A stretch of DNA of 64,000 nucleotides, from the IMG/VR virus record IMGVR_UViG_3300044613_003659, positions 32,001-96,000 of that record. The stretch is one strand, 5' to 3'. The translations under genes and the position numbers were made by a program. Shown piece by piece: positions 58,495-64,000 of this stretch. The notes beneath the pieces are model-generated. The model made no database searches. It saw only the letters and a program-made list of their open reading frames with translations, and had not been told where the DNA came from. Within the stretch, counting starts at the first letter, position 1. The number at the start of each line of letters is the position of its first letter. The DNA comes from a virus.

Positions 58495-59154
58495 TCAATT
58501 TTCTGGAAGACTTGTCCAAGCAATTAAGGCACGCTTGTTTTTAATATTATTAGCTATAAAATTGTCGCTTGTGTGAAATTTATATCTACTTGCTGCAAAC
58601 AATGAACCTTTTTTCCATTGAAAAATATCTTCTATTGTCAACCAATAAAAATACGAAAGCGGAATATGGGAAAAGTATTTGTTATAATCATGAGTGCTAA
58701 TTAACAAAGTGTCTGACCTTGGATTTTCTTTAAAATAAACCTCGGGATCTTTTATTTGGCTTTGTTCATTAAAAACAATAGTGTGGCTGTTAACATCAAA
58801 TAAGGGTATAATAAAGGTCCATGCCGGCACAGGTGCTTTGGCAACTACAGCACCTCCGCTGTCTACGTCGCTATGCACTGAATAGGGATCAAATGCATCA
58901 AAAATGTGTATCTGTTGAATATTTAAATCAGGACCAAATTCTTTGGTGAATTTTGATTGTAAAATATCATACACACAATCATTATTTTTATCATAATAAT
59001 CAAAACAATAATAATGCCCTGACATTACGTTTTGTCCGTTTTGCGATTGGTTCCAATTTTCCCAAGGTTTGAAATTAGACATTACATAATTTTCAATAAA
59101 TTCTATTTCAGAGTCTGACAAAAAATTAGGAATAGTTCGAGTATCAATATTCAT
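58495..59154 (-). CDS. 2OG-Fe(II) oxygenase-like protein
   Basis: IPNFLS, VHSD, FHTS, KR. Confidence 0.6.
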   Translation of the reverse strand: MNIDTRTIPNFLSDSEIEFIENYVMSNFKPWENWNQSQNGQNVMSGHYYCFDYYDKNNDCVYDILQSKFTKEFGPDLNIQQIHIFDAFDPYSVHSDVDSGGAVVAKAPVPAWTFIIPLFDVNSHTIVFNEQSQIKDPEVYFKENPRSDTLLISTHDYNKYFSHIPLSYFYWLTIEDIFQWKKGSLFAASRYKFHTSDNFIANNIKNKRALIAWTSLPEN

Positions 59155-59506
59155 AATGTTGTAAGTAATTAAATATTTTAAAGCATAATCTATGGATTGT
59201 CAATCGCCTGCTATTTTTTATCGCAAGTTATTTATAGAAATTAATAATATCAGCAACTTCAATTATTGGTAGATTCAAAACACGAGCTATGGCCACTACA
59301 GAATATCCTTGAAAATACAAGTTAAGAACAATTTTAATAACGCCAGGATTTTTTGCCATGTTGTAAGTTATGTTTCTTTATTATTGTCTCTACAGCGTCT
59401 TGAGGATACCGTAATCGCAAACAAATTTCTTCTACTGTGTATCCATGATCACTGTACATACGACTAACAATATATGCATTGGCGGTAGCAGTAAATTCAT
59501 ATTTAC

Positions 59507-60280
59507 TCATTGTTGTACTTCGCAATCTATCCACTTTAAATTATTATACCAATCATAAACAACATTGCCTTTAGGCACAAGACAACGACCTAATTCGGGT
59601 TCTACTTCAATTCTCACTTGTACAACTGCCCATGTTAACCATATAAGGTATAAACTTACCACGGTTGCTATACCATATTTCCAGGCATGACATTTTAAAT
59701 GTTCGATTCGTTTACGTCGTTTTTCTGCTGCAATTTTGTCTTCTTTTCTTTTTTTAGCCCAGGCCACTGCCTGTTCTTTTTTCATTTTCTCCATCATGGC
59801 GTAAACACGAGTGTACAAGTCTCCCAGTTCAGGAGGACAATTATACACCATCAATTCACGCAATTCGGCTTCCATAGCAAGCAGCCTGCTTTGCATAAGA
59901 ACTCTTTGCAATGCTCTTTTGCCTAAGCTGGTTTCACCTGTATAAACTTCTTTGGCATGCTTTTCTTCTTCTTCAAATATAGCAGTACACTTTGCAAAGT
60001 TTTCAAAATACACCCCTAGCTCTTCACCAATTGTAGTGTAGATATCGTTGGGCTGTTTTTTGCTTAATTCTAATACACGGTTTTTTTCTTGGATGAACTG
60101 ATTTTTCTCAGCTACGCTTGGAGGATTATCTTTGTGTCGTAGGTTAAACTGTTCTTCTAGGTCTTTGAGAACACCTTTAACATCGCCTGCTGCACCGGCT
60201 ATTTCTTTGTATAACTCGCAGCCTTTTTTAACAGCTTGTACAGCACCATTCGCTAGAGCAAATAGTGTTAATGGATCCAT
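59507..60280 (-). CDS. coiled-coil membrane protein
   Basis: MDPLTL N-terminus, helical body, C-terminal TM segment. Confidence 0.65.
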   Translation of the reverse strand: MDPLTLFALANGAVQAVKKGCELYKEIAGAAGDVKGVLKDLEEQFNLRHKDNPPSVAEKNQFIQEKNRVLELSKKQPNDIYTTIGEELGVYFENFAKCTAIFEEEEKHAKEVYTGETSLGKRALQRVLMQSRLLAMEAELRELMVYNCPPELGDLYTRVYAMMEKMKKEQAVAWAKKRKEDKIAAEKRRKRIEHLKCHAWKYGIATVVSLYLIWLTWAVVQVRIEVEPELGRCLVPKGNVVYDWYNNLKWIDCEVQQ

Positions 60281-60425
60281 AGCCCTGACCCATCACTAGT
60301 ACAGCTCGTTACTGCCAATTGGTTCAATTTTTAATTCCGTTGTTTTTTTTATTGAAGAACCAATACTAATCGAACTTAGTAGTACTTACCATACTAAGCA
60401 AGAAAAAACTACTACTAGATAACTG

Positions 60426-60500
60426 CTACATTCTATGTGGAGGGGTTACCGGAGTAGGATTAGGTGGATTACGTGGTGGACGATGTGCAAACCAACTCAT
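60426..60500 (-). CDS. 24-aa proline-rich peptide MSWFAHRPPRNPPNPTPVTPPHRM (not in ORF track)
   Basis: Manual translation; AAGGA SD. Confidence 0.5.
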   Translation of the reverse strand: MSWFAHRPPRNPPNPTPVTPPHRM

Positions 60501-60544
60501 GATTTTTTCCTTAAAAAGTCACAAAAAAACCTGGAATTTCCAGG

Positions 60545-60910
60545 TTATTTGTATATAATTCTTGTTCCGACACCAATACCTTTTTTAAGCACACTGTCAT
60601 CGGGTATATAAATTCGTTTGCCTACACCAACCATACAATATTCATCAGTGTTTAAATCATGAATAAACCAGCTGGTAGTTTCTGTTTCAAAATTAGCATA
60701 GACTAAATTTACAGTTTGTTCATTTGGTGCCTGAGTAGCCATAATCAGTTTTTCGCCGTATCGTTCCATGGTCGCTTCAACATCTTCAAAACTACCGCAC
60801 ATCATTTGAATTTTTCTAGGTTTTGGTTCGGCTGTAGCTGCCGTGGCTAGAGTGGCCAGTAAGATGGCAGCTAAAAATTTATTCATATTGTATATATCAT
60901 TGTGTTGCAC
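60545..60910 (-). CDS. secreted hypothetical protein
   Basis: Signal peptide from MNKFLAA. Confidence 0.6.
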   Translation of the reverse strand: MQHNDIYNMNKFLAAILLATLATAATAEPKPRKIQMMCGSFEDVEATMERYGEKLIMATQAPNEQTVNLVYANFETETTSWFIHDLNTDEYCMVGVGKRIYIPDDSVLKKGIGVGTRIIYK

Positions 60911-60928
60911 AATGATAAAATACCAATA

Positions 60929-61309
60929 TTATTGATCTTCTTTATAATCGAATCTACCGCAAACTATGTCGTAAAATTCGTCTAATTCGCCGCCCCATTT
61001 ACCTTTTAGGTAGGGTCGTAGATCATAACACAGTTTAGCATTTTTTTCTTTATTGGCCTGGACAAATTGATCATGTAATTTTTTCCAATGATCTAATTTA
61101 GTAACTTCGTCCATTGTAATTTTATCACCAGGAACTACACAAAAAGTTTCTAATATGTCCTCGCCTACTAGATGTGTTTCTAGTTCCAGCACCACATATT
61201 TTTCTGACAGTTCTTCTGCCACTTTTCTATTGAAAATTATGTCCATTCTTTTTTCTTTATCCCCACTGACTTGTATATATCTTGCACAGCACGGGCTTGA
61301 TAATAACAA
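60929..61309 (-). CDS. hypothetical protein (true start probably MDIIF)
   Basis: LKGKWGGELDEFY. Confidence 0.6.
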   Translation of the reverse strand: MLLSSPCCARYIQVSGDKEKRMDIIFNRKVAEELSEKYVVLELETHLVGEDILETFCVVPGDKITMDEVTKLDHWKKLHDQFVQANKEKNAKLCYDLRPYLKGKWGGELDEFYDIVCGRFDYKEDQ

Positions 61310-61782
61310 TCAATTAATGCGTTATGAGCACCATGCCTATCTTTCTTTCTAGGATCTCCGTGAACAGCAAACAATGTACGGCTGTCTCTAATTTGCCAAA
61401 ACTGCCATGGCGTAGGTCGACCTACTTGCCTGTAAAGATCTTCTAATATTACAATATCAAAAGCAGGACCTTGGCACCAAATGTTATCAACGCCAACTAA
61501 AAATTTATTTAATTGGTCAAGCATTTGGTTAATGCTTATGCGACCCATCATTCCCATAGCTTCTTCACGAACTTCTTCAGTCTGTGTTCCCCACCATGCT
61601 ACAGTTTCGTCTTGTACATGTCTGTCCATGGCCAATTGTTCATCAACATCCGGGCGAATATACAATCCAGATTCAGTGTCAACATCAGAATCCCAAGGAC
61701 TAAATTTGATTGCGCCTAGAGTGAGAATAACCGACCACGGACGAGTGCTAAGTGTTTCAATGTCGAGCATGACATCCATCAT
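61237..61782 (-). CDS. DEDDh 3'-5' exonuclease (RNase AS/DUF5051-like)
   Basis: MLDIETL, WCQG..FD, RDSRT, HNALID. Confidence 0.85.
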   Translation of the reverse strand: MMDVMLDIETLSTRPWSVILTLGAIKFSPWDSDVDTESGLYIRPDVDEQLAMDRHVQDETVAWWGTQTEEVREEAMGMMGRISINQMLDQLNKFLVGVDNIWCQGPAFDIVILEDLYRQVGRPTPWQFWQIRDSRTLFAVHGDPRKKDRHGAHNALIDCYYQARAVQDIYKSVGIKKKEWT

Positions 61783-62255
61783 TGACTCCTAAGTGCTCGA
61801 TCTGCTTCAGCTGCTGCTACACGACGACGTAAACTACTTGAACTAAAAGAATGATCGCGACTGTTAAAGACTAACTGAATATTTCTAGCAAAACATTCAT
61901 TATCTCCAGTAAAAGGATTGTTGGCATATTCTACACCAAGTATACGAACATCCAATGGAAGAATAAGCAGTAAATCTACGAGATCTTGTTCAGTTTGATA
62001 CACAACCACTTCATCCACGTAACGGCATGCCGCCAGTTGTATTTGTCTTTCAACAATGCTTTGTACCGGAGGGTTCTTGGTGCCCGGCCGGTCAATCGTA
62101 GGGTCTGTTTGAAGTCCGGCAATAAGATAATCGCAGTGATTTTTAGCCTCTGCCAACATTGCCACATGCCCTGCATGAAATAAGTCAAAAGTGGAGAAGG
62201 TGATTCCAATCTTAAGTCCTTTGTCCTTAAGTTCACGAATTTTATTGAATATCAT
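61779..62255 (-). CDS. cytidylyltransferase (TagD-like)
   Basis: FDLFHAGH, R.H.FSSS. Confidence 0.88.
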   Translation of the reverse strand: MIFNKIRELKDKGLKIGITFSTFDLFHAGHVAMLAEAKNHCDYLIAGLQTDPTIDRPGTKNPPVQSIVERQIQLAACRYVDEVVVYQTEQDLVDLLLILPLDVRILGVEYANNPFTGDNECFARNIQLVFNSRDHSFSSSSLRRRVAAAEADRALRSQ

Positions 62256-62567
62256 TTATGTAGCTGGTTCTAATTTAACGTTGAGTGGAAAACCATTGTT
62301 GCGAGCAAGTAGAGTTGCTTCTACACCTTTTTGTTCAGCAATTTCGTAAGGTAAGGTACTTACAACACTAGATCCTTCTTCGTGAATTTTCATCGTGATT
62401 TGTGTAGCAGTTTCTTCAGTGTGATGAAAAATGTTTTTTAATGTTTCAATAACAAATTCCATAGTAGTCACACTATCATTTAAGTAAATTACATTAAACA
62501 AACTAGGTGGCTGTACGCTTGTTTTAACTTGAATTTTTGGTTTAACTACAATATCTGTTTTGCTCAT
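62256..62567 (-). CDS. clpS: ClpAP adaptor ClpS
   Basis: VIYLND..TTMEFV, IHEEG, EIAEQK, FPL. Confidence 0.92.
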   Translation of the reverse strand: MSKTDIVVKPKIQVKTSVQPPSLFNVIYLNDSVTTMEFVIETLKNIFHHTEETATQITMKIHEEGSSVVSTLPYEIAEQKGVEATLLARNNGFPLNVKLEPAT

Positions 62568-62618
62568 AATTTTGTAGGTTTGAGCAGGGGGGTGGATGCC
62601 CCCTACTTGTTTATTATA

Positions 62619-63056
62619 TTACTTAGCAAAAGTAATAGCAATCTTCTTGGCTTTTTGTTCTTCTGGAACAATATGTTCTAAACTTACAGCCAAAATACCA
62701 TTAACAACTGTAGCACCTTTTACTTCGACATTATCTGCTAGAGTAAAATGGCGAGTGAAATTACGAGCACTTATACCCCGATGGAGATATTCATATTCGT
62801 CTTTTTGTTTTTGTTCGCCTTTAATCGTTAATACATTTTCTTTGTATTCAATATCCAGTTCTTCTTGCGTAAACCCTGCTACCGCAAGTTGAATAGCATA
62901 ATGATTTTCGTCAATACGAACAATGTTATGCGGAGGATAGTTTTCGGCCTTACTGTTTGCAAAAGTTCGACCCAGTTCATTAAAGAGTTTATCAAATCCT
63001 ACAGCATGACGATGTAGAGTAGGTAAATCAAAAGTACTAATTGTATATGTTGTCAT
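62619..63056 (-). CDS. ibpA: small heat-shock protein Hsp20, IbpA-like
   Basis: VGFD, NYPPHNI, LAVAGF, YLHRGIS.R.F...F.LA. Confidence 0.93.
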   Translation of the reverse strand: MTTYTISTFDLPTLHRHAVGFDKLFNELGRTFANSKAENYPPHNIVRIDENHYAIQLAVAGFTQEELDIEYKENVLTIKGEQKQKDEYEYLHRGISARNFTRHFTLADNVEVKGATVVNGILAVSLEHIVPEEQKAKKIAITFAK

Positions 63057-63130
63057 AATATTTTCTCCTTTCATTAAGCAAGTTATGACATATATGAAGG
63101 TAGACCCCGATGGCATCTACCCTGCATATT
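63057..63130 (-). promoter_or_regulatory. ROSE-like RNA thermometer
   Basis: CUUGCUU can pair with the SD AAGGAG leaving a bulged G; upstream hairpin GGTAGA/TCTACC. Confidence 0.65.
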
Positions 63131-63132
63131 CT

Positions 63133-64000
<868 letters not shown>

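Overview
This is a 64-kb AT-rich segment of a large T4-like (jumbo-type) tailed phage genome, mostly encoded on the minus strand. The host is probably an aquatic Betaproteobacterium, inferred from the style of PqqA, PstS/porin, the tmRNA tag and ClpS/IbpA/DnaK. From left to right: (1) 0.5-14.6 kb is a tRNA array with 25 conventional tRNAs forming a complete minimal decoding set, two aberrant tRNAs and several unexplained structured RNAs, interleaved with metabolic genes. (2) 14.7-24.4 kb holds host-physiology genes (pqqA, rubrerythrin/DUF3501, PstS plus phosphate porin with a Pho box), a truncated DnaE and a permuted two-piece tmRNA. (3) 24.8-32.7 kb holds a ParB/DGQHR-MutH-HNH-like operon and small early genes with a shared promoter/operator. 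(4) 32.7-43.3 kb holds a B12 radical SAM enzyme, a tail-collar fibre and probable internal head proteins with a shared N-terminal leader. (5) 43-64 kb holds lipoproteins, UvsE, an amidinotransferase/UDP-sugar dehydrogenase cluster and ClpS-Hsp20-DnaK. The standout observation is an unannotated 39-codon leader ORF (14486-14605, minus strand) at the head of the tRNA array. It uses all 20 amino acids in its first 29 codons and samples all 25 codon classes served by the phage tRNAs. Its 3' end forms an antiterminator mutually exclusive with an intrinsic terminator. This is the architecture of a ribosome-mediated attenuator that would switch on the tRNA array when any tRNA runs short. All calls come from reading motifs by eye; no searches were run.
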